Assembly (NCBI GenBank): GCA_950097015.1
Contig: CATNEN010000001.1
Location: forward strand, 19,716,001 to 19,780,000
DNA from: Macrostomum hystrix
Lineage: Eukaryota; Animalia; Platyhelminthes
Direction: 5' to 3'
Length of the DNA stretch: 64,000 nt
Positions 12,708 to 24,690 of the stretch are shown here, piece after piece; position 1 is the stretch's first letter, and each line of letters starts with the position of its first letter. A program made the position numbers and the translations under genes. The notes below the pieces were generated by a model, which was not told the origin of the DNA, did not search any database, and worked only from the letters and a program-made list of their open reading frames with translations.

Positions 12708-15695
12708 ATAAATCATAGCAAACCTGAATTTCAATCATGGCAAAAATAGAGCTTGAATCATGGCTAAACCAGCGTCTGAATCATGGCTAAACTGGAGTCT
12801 GAATCATGGCTAAACCAGAGTCTGAATCATGGCTAAACCAGCGTCTGAATCATGGCTAAACCAGAGTCTGAATCATGGCTAAACCAGAGTCTGAATCATG
12901 GCTTAACCAGAGTTAGAATCATGGCTAAACCAGAGTCTGAATCATGGCTAAACCAGAGCCTGAATCATGGCTAAACCAGAGTCTGAATCATGGCTAAACC
13001 AGCGTCTGAATCATTGCTAAACCAGAGTTTGAATCATGGCTAAACCAGAGTTTGAATCATGGCTTAACCAGAGTTTGAATCATGGCTAAACCAGAGTCTG
13101 AATCATGGCTTAACCAGAATTTAAATCATGGCTAAACCAGAGTCTGAATCATGGCTTAACCAGAGTTTGAATCATGGCTTAACCAGAGTTTGAATCATGG
13201 CTAAACCAGAGTCTGAATCATGGCTTAACCAGAATTTAAATCATGGCTAAACCAGAGTCTGAATCATGGCTTAACCAGAGTTTGAATCATGGCTAAACCA
13301 GAGTCTGAATCATGGCTAAACCAGAGTCTGAATCATGGCTAAACCAGCGTCTGAATCATGGCTAAACCAGAGTTTAAATCATGGCTAAACCAGAGTTTGA
13401 ATCATGGCTTAACCAGAGTTTGAATCATGGCTAAACCAGAGTTTGAATCATAGCTTAACCAGAGTTTGAATCATGGCTAAACCAGAGTCTGAATCATGGC
13501 TTAACCAGAATTTAAATCATGGCTAAACCAGAGTCTGAATCATGGCTTAACCAGAGTTTGAATCATGGCTAAACCAGAGTCTGAATCATGGCTTAACCAG
13601 AGTCTGAATCATGGCTTAACCAGAGTTTGAATCATGGCTAAACCAGAGTCTGAATCATGGCTAAACCAGAGTCTGAATCATGGCTAAACCAGCGTCTGAA
13701 TCATGGCTAAACCAGAGTTTGAATCATGGCTAAACCAGAGTTTGAATCATGGCTTAACCAGAGTTTGAATCATGGCTAAACCAGAGTCTGAATCATGGCT
13801 TAACCAGAATTTAAGTCATGGCTAAACCAGAGTCTGAATCATGGCTTAACCAGAGTTTGAATCATGGCTAAACCAGCGTCTGAATCATGGCTAAACCAGA
13901 GTCTGAATCATGGCTAAACCAGAGTCTGAATCATGGCTTAACCAGAGTTTGAATCATGGCTAAACCAAAGTCTGAATCATGGCTAAACCAGAGCCTGAAT
14001 CATGGCTAAACCAGAGTCTGAATCATGGCTAAACCAGCGTCTGAATCATGGCTAAACCAGAGTTTGAATCATGGCTAAACCAGAGTTTGAATCATGGCTT
14101 AACCAGAGTTTGAATCATGGCTAAACCAGAGTCTGAATCATGGCTTAACCAGAATTTAAATCATGGCTAAACCAGAGTCTGAATCATGGCTTAACCAGAG
14201 TTTGAATCATGGCTTAACCAGAGTTTGAATCATGGCTAAACCAGAGTCTGAATCATGGCTTAACCAGAATTTAAATCATGGCTAAACCAGAGTCTGAATC
14301 ATGGCTTAACCAGAGTTTGAATCATGGCTAAACCAGAGTCTGAATCATGGCTAAACCAGAGTCTGAATCATGGCTAAACCAGCGTCTGAATCATGGCTAA
14401 ACCAGAGTTTAAATCATGGCTAAACCAGAGTTTGAATCATGGCTTAACCAGAGTTTGAATCATGGCTAAACCAGAGTTTGAATCATAGCTTAACCAGAGT
14501 TTGAATCATGGCTAAACCAGAGTCTGAATCATGGCTTAACCAGAATTTAAATCATGGCTAAACCAGGGTCTGAATCATGGCTTAACCAGAGTTTGAATCA
14601 TGGCTAAACCAGAGTCTGAATCATGGCTTAACCAGAGTCTGAATCATGGCTTAACCAGAGTTTGAATCATGGCTAAACCAGAGTCTGAATCATGGCTAAA
14701 CCAGAGTCTGAATCATGGCTAAACCAGCGTCTGAATCATGGCTAAACCAGAGTTTGAATCATGGCTAAACCAGAGTTTGAATCATGGCTTAACCAGAGTT
14801 TGAATCATGGCTAAACCAGAGTCTGAATCATGGCTTAACCAGAATTTAAGTCATGGCTAAACCAGAGTCTGAATCATGGCTTAACCAGAGTTTGAATCAT
14901 GGCTAAACCAGAGTTTGAATCATGGCTAAACCAGAGTTTGAATCATGGCTTAACCAGAGTTTCAATCATGGCTAAACCAGAGTCTGAATCATGGCTTAAC
15001 CAGAATTTAAGTCATGGCTAAACCAGAGTCTGAATCATGGCTTAACCAGAGTCTGAATCATGGCTAAACCAGAGTCTGAATCATGGCTTAACCAGAATTT
15101 AAATCATGGCTAAACCAGAGTCTGAATCATGGCTTAACCAGAGCCTGAATCATGGCTAAACCAGAGTCTGAATCATGGCTAAACCAGAGTCTGAATCATG
15201 GCAAAACTGGAGTCTGAATCATGGCTAAACCATAGTCTGAATCATGGCTAAAATAGAGTCTGAATCATGGCTAAACCAGAGTCTGAATCATGGCTAAACT
15301 AGAGTCTGAATCATGGCTAAACCAGAGTCTGAATCATGGCTAAACTAGAGTCTGAATCATGGCTAAACCAGAGTCTGAATCATGGCTAAACTAGAGTCTG
15401 AATCATGGCTAAACTAGAGTCTGAATCATGGCTAAACCAGCGTCTGAATCATGGCTAAACCAGAGTCTGAATCATGGCTAAACCAGAGTTTCAATCATGG
15501 CTAAACCAGCGTCTGAATCATGGCTAAACCAGCGTCTGAATCATAGCCAACCAGAGTTTGAATCTTGGCTAAACCAGAGTTTGAATCATAGCCAACCAGA
15601 GTCTGAATCATGGCAAAACGAGAGTTTGAATCAGAGCCCACCAGGGTTTAAAACATGGCGAAACCTGAGTTTGAATCTTGGCTAACCCAGCGTTT
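12708..15695. repeat. 23-bp satellite (GAATCATGGCTAAACCAGAGTCT)n, ~130 units
   Basis: Directly visible; degenerate at both edges. Confidence 0.97.
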
Positions 15696-15705
15696 GAAAA
15701 ATCAA

Positions 15706-17340
15706 CGTCAACTGGGGAGTCATCATCAAAATGGGGATCATGGTGAACTGGGGGATCATAATAAACTGGGGGATAATTGTCGACTGGGGGATCAATGTCA
15801 ACTGGGGGATCATTGTCAACTGGGGGATCATTGTCAACTGGGGGATCATTGTCAAATGGGGGATCATTGTCAACTGGGGGATCTTTGTCAACTGGGGGTT
15901 CATTGTCAACTGGGGGTTCATTGTCAACTGGGGGATCATTGTCAACTGGGGGATCATTGTGAACTGAGAGATCATTGTCAAGTTGGGGGTAATGGTCAAC
16001 TGGGGGATAATTGTCAACTGGGGAATCATCATCAACTGGGGATCATCATCAACTGGGGGATCATTGAGAACTGGGGGATCTTCGTCAACTGGGGGATCAT
16101 TGTGAACTGGGGGATCTTTGTCAACTGGGGGATCATTGTATACTGTGGGATCATTGTCAACTGGGGGATCATTGTCAACTGGGGGATCATTGTCAACTGG
16201 GGGATCGTTGTCAACTGGGGGTTCATTGTCAACTGGGGGATCATTGTCAACTGGGGGATCATTGTCAACTGGGTGATCATCATCAACTGGGGGATCATTG
16301 TCAACTGGGGGAAAATTGTCAACTGGAGGAACATTGTTAACTAGGGATCATCATCAATGGGGAGACTTCATCAACTGGGGGATCATTGTGAACTGGGGGA
16401 TCTTTGTTAACTGGGGGATCATTGTCAACTGGGGGATCATTCTCAACTGGGGGATCATTGTCAACTGGGGGATCATTTTCAACTGGGGGATCATCATCAA
16501 CTGGGGGATCATTGTCAACTGGGGGGATCATTGTCAAATGGAGGAACATTGTTAACTGGGGATCATCATCAATGGGGAGACTTCATCAACTGGGGGATCA
16601 TTGTGAACTGGGGGATCTTTGTTAACTGGGGGATCATTGTCAACTGGGGGATCATTGTCAACTGGGGGATCATTGTCAACTGGGGGATCATTTTCAACTG
16701 GGGGATCATCATCAACTGGGGGATCATTGTCAACTGTGCGATCATTGTCAACTGGGGGATCATTGTCAAATGGGGGATCATTGTCAACTGTGGGATCGTT
16801 GTCAACTGGGGGTTCATTGTCAACTGGGGGTTCATTGTCAACTGGGGGATCATCATCAACTGGGGGATCATTGTCAACTGGGTGATCATCATCAACTGGG
16901 GGATCATTGTCAACTGGGGGAACATTGTCAAATGGAGGAACATTGTTAACTGGGGATCATCATCAATGGGGAGACTTCATCAACTGGGGGATCATTGTGA
17001 ACTGGGGGATCTTTGTTAACTGGGGGATCATTGTCAACTGGGGGATCATTGTCAACTGGGGGATCATTGTCAACTGGGGGATCATTTTCAACTGGGGGAT
17101 CATCATCAACTGGGGGATCATCATCAACTGGGTGATCATTGTGAACTGGGGGATCTTTGTCAACTGGGGGATCATTGTCAACTGTGGGATCATTGTCAAC
17201 TGGGGGATCATTGTCAAATGGGGGATCATTGTCAACTGTGGGATCGTTGTCAACTGGGGGTTTATTGTCAACTGGGGGTTCATTGTCAACTGGGGGATCA
17301 TTGTCAACTGGGGGATCATTGTCAACTGGGGGTTCATTGT
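15706..17340. repeat. 18-bp satellite (GGGGGATCATTGTCAACT)n, ~90 units
   Basis: Directly visible; ORFs are repeat artefacts. Confidence 0.97.
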
Positions 17341-17432
17341 AGCTTTAAAAAGCTGTAAATTCAGCTGCTAAAAAGTATATACTAGACGAATTTAAAGTAT
17401 TTCTGCTCCCCGAAGTTGGCAAAACTTGCTAG

Positions 17433-19031
17433 TCATTTTTCTAAACATGCAGTAGTTTTCCATAGCCCACATCTGACCCGTCATTTTTCTAAACATGCAG
17501 TAGTTTTCCATAGCCCACAGCTGACCCGTTATTTTTCTAAACATGCAGTAGTTTTCCATAGCCCACATCTGACCCGTCATTTTTCTAAACACACAGTAGT
17601 TTTCCATAGCCCACATCTGACCCGTCATTTTTCTAAACACACAGTAGTTTTCCATAGCCCACATCTGACCCGTCATTTTTCTAAACACACAGTAGTTTTC
17701 CATAGCCCACAGCTGACCCGTCATTTTTCTAAACACGCAGTAGTTTTCCATAGCCCACATCTGACCCGTCATTTTTCTAAACATGCAGTAGTTTTCCATA
17801 GCCCACAGCTGACCCGTCATTTTTCTAAACATGCAGTAGTTTTCCATAGCCCACAGCTGACCCGTCATTTTTCTAAAGATGCAGTAGTTTTCCATAGCCC
17901 ACATCTGACCCGTCATTTTTCTAAACATGCAGTAGTTTTCCATAGCCCACAGCTGACCCGTCATTTTTCTAAACACACAGTAGTTTTCCATAGCCCACAT
18001 CTGACCCGTCATTTTTCTAAACATGCAGTAGTTTTCCATAGCCCACAGCTGACCCGTCATTTTTCTAAACATGCAGTAGTTTTCCATAGCCCACAGCTGA
18101 CCCGTCATTTTTCTAAACACACAGTAGTTTTCCATAGCCCACAGCTGACCCGTCATTTTTCTAAACATGCAGTAGTTTTCCATAGCCCACATCTGACCCG
18201 TCATTTTTCTAAACATGCAGTAGTTTTCCATAGCCCACATCTGACACGTCATTTTTCTAAACACGCAGTAGTTTTCCATAGCCCACATCTGACCCGTCAT
18301 TTTTCTAAACATGCAGTAGTTTTCCATAGCCCACATCTGACCCGTCATTTTTCTAAACACACAGTAGTTTTCCATAGCCCACATCTGACCCGTCATTTTT
18401 CTAAACACACAGTAGTTTTCCATAGCCCACATCTGACCCGTCATTTTTCTAAACATGCAGTAGTTTTCCATAGCCCACAGCTGACCCGTCATTTTTCTAA
18501 ACATGCAGTAGTTTTCCATAGCCCACATCTGACCCGTCATTTTTCTAAACACACAGTAGTTTTCCATAGCCCACATCTGACCCGTCATTTTTCTAAACAC
18601 ACAGTAGTTTTCCATAGCCCACATCTGACCCGTCATTTTTCTAAACACACAGTAGTTTTCCATAGCCCACATCTGACCCGTCATTTTTCTAAACATGCAG
18701 TAGTTTTCCATAGCCCACAGCTGACCCGTCATTTTTCTAAACATGCAGTAGTTTTCCATAGCCCACATCTGACCCGTCATTTTTCTAAACACACAGTAGT
18801 TTTCCATAGCCCATATCTGACCCGTCATTTTTCTAAACACGCAGTAGTTTTCCATAGCCCACATCTGACCCGTCATTTTTCTAAACACACAGTAGTTTTC
18901 CATAGCCCATATCTGACCCGTCATTTTTCTAAACACGCAGTAGTTTTCCATAGCCCACATCTGACCCGTCATTTTTCTAAACACGCAGTAGTTTTCCATA
19001 GCCCACAGCTGACCCGTCATTTTTCTAAACA
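17433..19031. repeat. 48-bp tandem array, right part (~33 units)
   Basis: Same unit as 11750-12112. Confidence 0.97.
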
Positions 19032-20488
19032 TCGTAAGTGAAACCTTGCTCTGATCGCGGGCATTGAGATATTTATTTTTTGTCAATAATGAAGCGCTGT
19101 AATTCAGCCATATTTGGCGCATTTAATTTTTCGTTCATTGTGCTATTTTTCAACCATTTTTATGCGCAACTCGCTTCCTTTGCTACAGCTCAATCTTCAT
19201 CAGTGCCGCATTAAACAGCGACTCAGAGTTGTGGTTTTCACTCTCTATATATTCTCTTAATTTCGCTTTCAAATAATCAAACAAATAAAGTTTTCCATGG
19301 CCTACATCTTTTTTTAAAGTTTTTGTTGTTTAAAGTTGAAAGCATATTCAAATCAAGTTCGGCTTTGCGTTTTCAACGAATTTTTCGTCCTATACAACTT
19401 CTGGGTAGTAAACTACTAGCGTACAAGTAGTCGTTAACATGGAATGTGCTGCAAAATTATGAATTTGTTCTAATATTTCTTTTTTATTGACACTCGTAAA
19501 ATTAAGTGCATGAAGAAGGTACTGAATGTGCACATTTTTTACTATAGTACTGAATGATGCAGTGAAGTATGAAGTTGATAAATCTGACGCGTCATTTTTA
19601 GGGGTCTCAGTTTGACATTCATAGAACTGACACAGTAAGTGAAATCTTCTATGGAAATCTAACGCGTCATTCCTCACGCAGTACTAAACTTGAAGTTTTA
19701 ATTTAGTAGAAAAATGACGCATCGTTGTCTAGCACGTTAAAGTATTTAGTACTTCGCACTGAAAGTTGAAGTACTGTACATACTCGTAGTACAGTATTCT
19801 ATTCTTCCGCACCCACATGTAGTAACTTGCATATAGTTTCAGTATTAGTATTAGGTAAGTAAATTAGTATTAGTATTACTATATTCATAGCATTATCGAC
19901 GTTATCGTACATTTCTCCAAATTGGACATCAGATTAAACTGCTCGGTAGTGCACTGCATATGTTGTTTTCTAGCTTCTGTAAGTGATAAATTTTTAAATA
20001 CCGAATCGTGTACCGAAGTTACCCATCATCGTGTGTATATTTCCATTAATATTTATTGTTCAACAGACAGGACTCTGTATCAGAATCTATATACAACCAA
20101 GTTTCTGTGCATTGGTTTAAAAGTGAAATGCAAGTGCTGACAAACTCCGCTATAAAATGGTTAGGGTTAGGGTTACGGTTTGCGGAATTTACAATTTTGT
20201 GTCGCTACCATAAGACTACACTAGCGTCATTTTAGCGTCATTTTTCAGTACTTTCTGAGAATTATCGCTACGTCAGAATTCCACTTCTGCGTCATTCACC
20301 TACCCCGACGTGTGTTCGGGTGTTTATAATCTTTGGTCTAGCCTAGCCTCAACTAGCCTAGATTTTTCTCCCAAGTTAAGATTAGGTTTAGTGCATACCG
20401 ATTTTAAGATCAAGATGAAACTACCCAGTCTGGACTAGCAAGTCTCGGCTAGGCTTTCTGCATACGGGCCAACAAAGCGCACTTCTTG

Positions 20489-20500
20489 CATATATAAAAA
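20489..20500 (+). promoter_or_regulatory. TATA box of the lectin gene
   Basis: TATATAAAAA ~45 nt upstream of ATG 20538. Confidence 0.5.
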
Positions 20501-20537
20501 GTTTGCTTTTCGGCCAAAGCGAATCCAAGAGCTGCAA

Positions 20538-22199
20538 ATGCAGTCCAATCTTCTATCCACCTGCCTCTTGGCAGTCACTGCAACTCTGCTGCTCTCCGCT
20601 GCCTCTGCTCAGTGTCCGCAAAAAAACTGGACTCAACGAGCTCAGTCGTGCTACAAGTGGTTCAGCCGCCCGCAGTACTTGTTCGAGGCCGAGCAGACGT
20701 GTCAGTCTCACGGAGCTCACCTCGCCTCCGTCGGATCTGAGCAGGAGAACCGACTGGTCGGAAGACTGTCTCACTGCAGAGACGCCTGGATCGGAAAGTT
20801 CGGCACGGACCTCAACCGACTCAGGGACCCGAGAACCTACGTATGGACGGACGGCAGCGATGCTTTGAGCTTCGAGAGACACAACTTCTCACAGCTCGAC
20901 ACTGTGCACAAGCCTCTCATTCGCAGTGACGGTGAGTGGTGGCTCAACTCGCTCTATCACGAGAGACACCCGTTCGTGTGCAAAGCGAGCACCAACTCGA
21001 GTCACCATGAATCGTCTCGCCGATGTCCGAGCGGCTGGTCGCTCAAAGACGACCACTGCTACTTGATGCCGCGCTTCGAGGCCAACTTCACCGAGGCGAA
21101 TTTCTACTGCCAGCGAAACTCGTCTCAACTCGTGTCGGTGCTGACCCACTCTGAGCTGAGCTTCATCAACGAGTTCACCTTCGGAATCGATGGTTGCGAG
21201 AAGTCGCCGGCGCTCGACTCGGTGTGGCTCGGCCTCATCAAGCTGAACCCCTGCTTCCCCCACAGTGCGGGTCGCGAGCTGTGCTACCAGTGGACGGACT
21301 TCTCTGGCAAGCTGGCCTCGATCCCGCAGTGGCAGGCTGGACATCCGAACAATGCGGACTGGACTGTGAACTGCGTCACCCTGTCTGCCGGTCGACTGCG
21401 CACTGACAGGTGCTACAACAGGCACAGGTTCGTGTGCAAGTCGGTGGCGTCCAACGACACGTATGGAGGTGTGACTTCTCCTCCAGTGGATGGTCTTGTC
21501 GCAGCGTTCGACTTCAGGAGGGGCCTCGACAACCTTGTGGACCGGCGGACCTATGTGATTGAGGACAAGTTCGGAGTTCAAAGGAGCTTTGTAGATGGTG
21601 CTGTCTTCAAATACGCCACGACAAACCATGAACGCAGTGAGTACTTCAGCGTTGGTGGTCTTGTGCCTTATAACGAGTCTATTTCGAATGCAACGGAATG
21701 GGCCATGTACTTCCGCCTGCGCCACAGGAATGATACGTTCACCTATTTTGCTGGCAGTGCAAACTTCAACATTTCTGGCTCGGTTCATGAGTCCTTCGAT
21801 TACAGTCTCTTCACTGTTATTGACAATAGGATAGTAGGGAAGGCGCAGCTGGTAGTGTTTCACAATTCGCCAGGATACTTCAGCGATTATAACTATGACG
21901 ACCACTTCCATTACTTCTCTGGCAACCGCTGTTCTGGTTCATCATGGTGCGACATCAGACTTTCGATGAAAAATCGCGCTTGCAATTCTACAATCGGTGG
22001 GGAGCCAGGTAGAAAGAATTTTTTTGATGGCTTTTCGACGAATAAGATGTTTTTCGAGCTTCAGCAACTTAGAATTGGTAATATTTATCCGCGTTCATCC
22101 CTGTACGACCCTGGACTGCGCATCGCGTGCTTCGGCATCGCTCGAAAGCAGCTTACTGATAGAGAACTACAGCAGGCCATGTCTGTCTACTGCCCTTGA
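20538..22199 (+). CDS. secreted intronless protein: two C-type lectin domains plus a C-terminal ConA/LamG-like domain, 553 aa
   Basis: Signal peptide; CPxxW..CY..F..A...C..LAS..WIG..FVCK pattern twice; C-terminal region opens GLVAAFDF and closes IACFGIARKQLTDREL, as LamG/pentraxin-like folds do. Confidence 0.85.
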   Translation: MQSNLLSTCLLAVTATLLLSAASAQCPQKNWTQRAQSCYKWFSRPQYLFEAEQTCQSHGAHLASVGSEQENRLVGRLSHCRDAWIGKFGTDLNRLRDPRTYVWTDGSDALSFERHNFSQLDTVHKPLIRSDGEWWLNSLYHERHPFVCKASTNSSHHESSRRCPSGWSLKDDHCYLMPRFEANFTEANFYCQRNSSQLVSVLTHSELSFINEFTFGIDGCEKSPALDSVWLGLIKLNPCFPHSAGRELCYQWTDFSGKLASIPQWQAGHPNNADWTVNCVTLSAGRLRTDRCYNRHRFVCKSVASNDTYGGVTSPPVDGLVAAFDFRRGLDNLVDRRTYVIEDKFGVQRSFVDGAVFKYATTNHERSEYFSVGGLVPYNESISNATEWAMYFRLRHRNDTFTYFAGSANFNISGSVHESFDYSLFTVIDNRIVGKAQLVVFHNSPGYFSDYNYDDHFHYFSGNRCSGSSWCDIRLSMKNRACNSTIGGEPGRKNFFDGFSTNKMFFELQQLRIGNIYPRSSLYDPGLRIACFGIARKQLTDRELQQAMSVYCP

Positions 22200-22836
22200 T
22201 GCCTAGATAATCAGTTCGCATTAATGGCTTATCTTTTAAGTAGACATTGTTCTTTTAGATCTGGTTTCTGATCTGAAGTTGGTTCTGGTTTTTGATTTCC
22301 AGAAATACACTCGTTCTTCAGGTGGTAGTTGGCACATATAAATTCACCGTCTGATAACTTTTCTTCATGGTTTCTTTACAATATCTGTAAAAATTATAAT
22401 TTTGAGCGAATTAAATTGAACCATGATTACCTAGCTTAGTTTACCTTTGTATTTGAAAAGTAATATATAGAAAAATTGGAATTTACGTGTGTCATAGTGT
22501 CATAAAGTCATACAAATCAAAGCTGGCTCGCACAAGGAAGGTGTGGTTGAGAAAGACTCATCTTTCTGAAATGCATGGCAAAAATTAAGAAAACATTGAG
22601 ACGGGCTTTAGTTTTATTTCAAAAAAGCAACGAAAAAACATTTTAGGAAATTAATATTTTGAACAACTTCTTTCGGTTTTAAGAGTTGGTCTGCACAGTA
22701 TGGTTGACATTGCTGTTTTAATCATATCCAGGTATATAGGTATTCATTAAATATTTTACGAACGGAAGTATAGAATCTTACAAGTCTGAAAACGTCAATG
22801 ACTGATTGACTGCATGGCCTCTAAATTCAGTTTACG

Positions 22837-23211
22837 ATCAAATCTGGACTATCGGCAATGCTCGCTGTTGTTCCTGGGCCCTCTGAAACGCACTTGCTAA
22901 GCTAGCTTCGTGTCCTGTTGCTTGCTTTAGCTTGTAGTTAACAAATTCAAACTTATCCTCATCCTGAGTTTCCGTGGCGACGCGTTTCTCATCCCTGATG
23001 ACGGTCATTGCTGCACGCAGATCTTGAGCTGCTTCCGATGCTCAGTGTAGTTGGCCAGGCTGTACAACTCCTCGAAGTCGGGGTCCTCTGCGCACTGTCT
23101 GCTCCAATTCTCAACAGCCCTTCTCAAGTCAAATTTACCTTGGATGACCAGCTGGGCAAGTCTCAGCAAGTGAGAGATTAATACGCAATGGTTCGTTGTC
23201 AGCCCAGTCAA
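22837..23211 (-). pseudogene. frameshifted fragment of an ANK-cGLR family C-terminal domain
   Basis: WSRQCAEDPDFEELYSLANYTEHRKQLKICVQ/[frameshift]/MTVIRDEKRVATETQDEDK aligns with WLSELQEDPDLEELLTLAHYSDRREHVEFSLRQMVILRDERRVAMETQDFEK of the gene at 32813-38766. Confidence 0.75.
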
Positions 23212-23345
23212 TATTTTAGCAACATTTTCGTTGCAGGTTAGTTGAGTATCACTTAGGTATCACTTGAACTTTCTAGCAGCCATGGGTCTAATAAGGTCAG
23301 ACGTTGGATTAAGCACCAACGTACAACAGTTCGAGTATATTGCTC

Positions 23346-24041
23346 GAATAGAATGGATTGCTAGTCTATTCACACAGTCAAAGGAATAGAATGGGTTGCT
23401 AGTCTATTCACACAGTCAAAGGAATAGAATGGGTTGCTAGTCTATTCACACAGTCAAAGGAATAGAATGGGTTGCTAGTCTATTCACACAGTTATGGGAA
23501 TAGAATGGATTGCTAGTCTATTCACACAGTTATGGGAATAGAATGGGTTGCTAGTCTATTCACACAGTTCTGGGAATAGAATGGATTGCTAGTCTATTCA
23601 CACAGTTCTGGGAATAGAATGGATTGCTAGTCTATTCACACAGTTATGGGAATAGAATGGATTGCTAGTCTATTCACACAGTTCTGGGAATAGAATGGAT
23701 TGCTAGTCTATTCACACAGTTCTGGGAATAGAATGGGTTGCTAGTCTATTCACACAGTTATGGGAATAGAATGGATTGCTAGTCTATTCACACAGTTCTG
23801 GGAATAGAATGGATTGCTAGTCTATTCACACAGTTCTGGGAATAGAATGGATTGCTAGTCTATCCATATTTCTGATGTAATCATACAGATTTTTGTCAAA
23901 GTTGTTAGCACCGTCATTGTACTTTGATCTAAAAAACGTTTTAATTCGGTTGTAATTGTAAAAAAATCGATAATATTTTTCGATCTAAACATGCAGATAT
24001 TTATCATTTAATAGATATTCTGTCAAACTTCTATTCCCATA
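23346..24041. mobile_element. MITE-like element whose left end is amplified into a 38-bp tandem array (23346-23863)
   Basis: Array unit contains TATGGGAATAGAA; its inverted copy TTCTATTCCCATA ends at 24041; a truncated homologue lies at 8709-8839. Confidence 0.6.
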
Positions 24042-24504
24042 GATTTTCTTTTTAGTTCGTAGAAAAAAAACGGTGAAAATTCCAAGTTCCAGCAAATGCA
24101 GTTTAAGTGCAGCCTTAAAGCCAGCATTGTAAATTTAAATTTTGTTTAGCAAACAATTTATTTGCAAAGTCAATAAAATCCAACATGGTATTTGGCTGCA
24201 AAAACTGTCGTTTTCGGGTTGGTAAGAACTTAAGTACCAGCACACATACGCTATTACAAAAATATGCAAAAATATGCAAAAATGACAATAAGGCACACAA
24301 TGATAATTTATTTACAAAAATAGTGAAATCAGTTAAAAGTCGCGAAAATTCGACAGTTTATTTAATAATTTCTACCTCGACAAACTTTTTGTAAGTAATT
24401 TTGAGACCTGTAAAATATCACTAAGCAAAAGCATTGACAGGCTAAACGAATGGTTAGCTAGCTAGTCAGGTGGTTTAAAGGGCTGGCTAAGTAGAGTGAT
24501 ATAT

Positions 24505-24690
24505 AGGCAGAGTGATGTGAGTGGCCAGAGTGAGGTGAGGTGAGTAGTTAAAGTGAGGTGGGTGGCTGGAGTGAGGTGGGTGGTCAGGGTGGGGTGGGTG
24601 GCCGGTGTGAGGTGGGTGGCTGGAGTGAGGTGGGTGGTCAGGGTGGGGTGGGTGGCCGGTGTGAGGTGGGTAGCTGGAGTGAGGCCTTAG
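24505..24690. repeat. G-rich 18-bp degenerate tandem repeat
   Basis: GTGAGGTGGGTGGCTGGA-like units. Confidence 0.85.

Larger units (their letters stand above)
12113..17432 (+). mobile_element. non-autonomous Helitron-like element carrying two satellites
   Basis: 5' TC terminus (TCCACTATACTAAAAATG), then (GGTT)n and CGAACGGCTCAACCGATTTT as in Lep1/HINE-type Helitrons; 3' short hairpin AAGTT..AACTT then CTAG; no TSD; its removal restores the 48-bp unit exactly. Confidence 0.75.
9952..20340. mobile_element. non-autonomous TIR DNA element inserted in the Harbinger remnant
   Basis: TAGCCCAAAGATTATAAATACCC (9952-9974) pairs with GGGTGTTTATAATCTTTGGTCTA (20318-20340); inner GGTAGGCGAATGAC pairs with GTCATTCACCTACC; many subterminal TGACG motifs at both ends; CTAG at both junctions. 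Confidence 0.7.
8838..20472 (-). mobile_element. PIF/Harbinger-type transposon ends enclosing a Myb/SANT gene and nested insertions
   Basis: TTGGCCCGCATGCAGAA (8838-8854) and TTCTGCATACGGGCCAA (20456-20472) form a 17-bp inverted repeat with 1 mismatch; Harbinger-type Myb/SANT remnant inside; no clean TSD. Confidence 0.6.

Noticed and set aside
11750-19031. CRISPR-like arrays
   Set aside because: Units are head-to-tail with no unique spacers; eukaryotic context and no cas genes
17392-19122. 576-aa and 541-aa ORFs as genes
   Set aside because: Pure translation of a 48-bp stop-free repeat inside nested transposons
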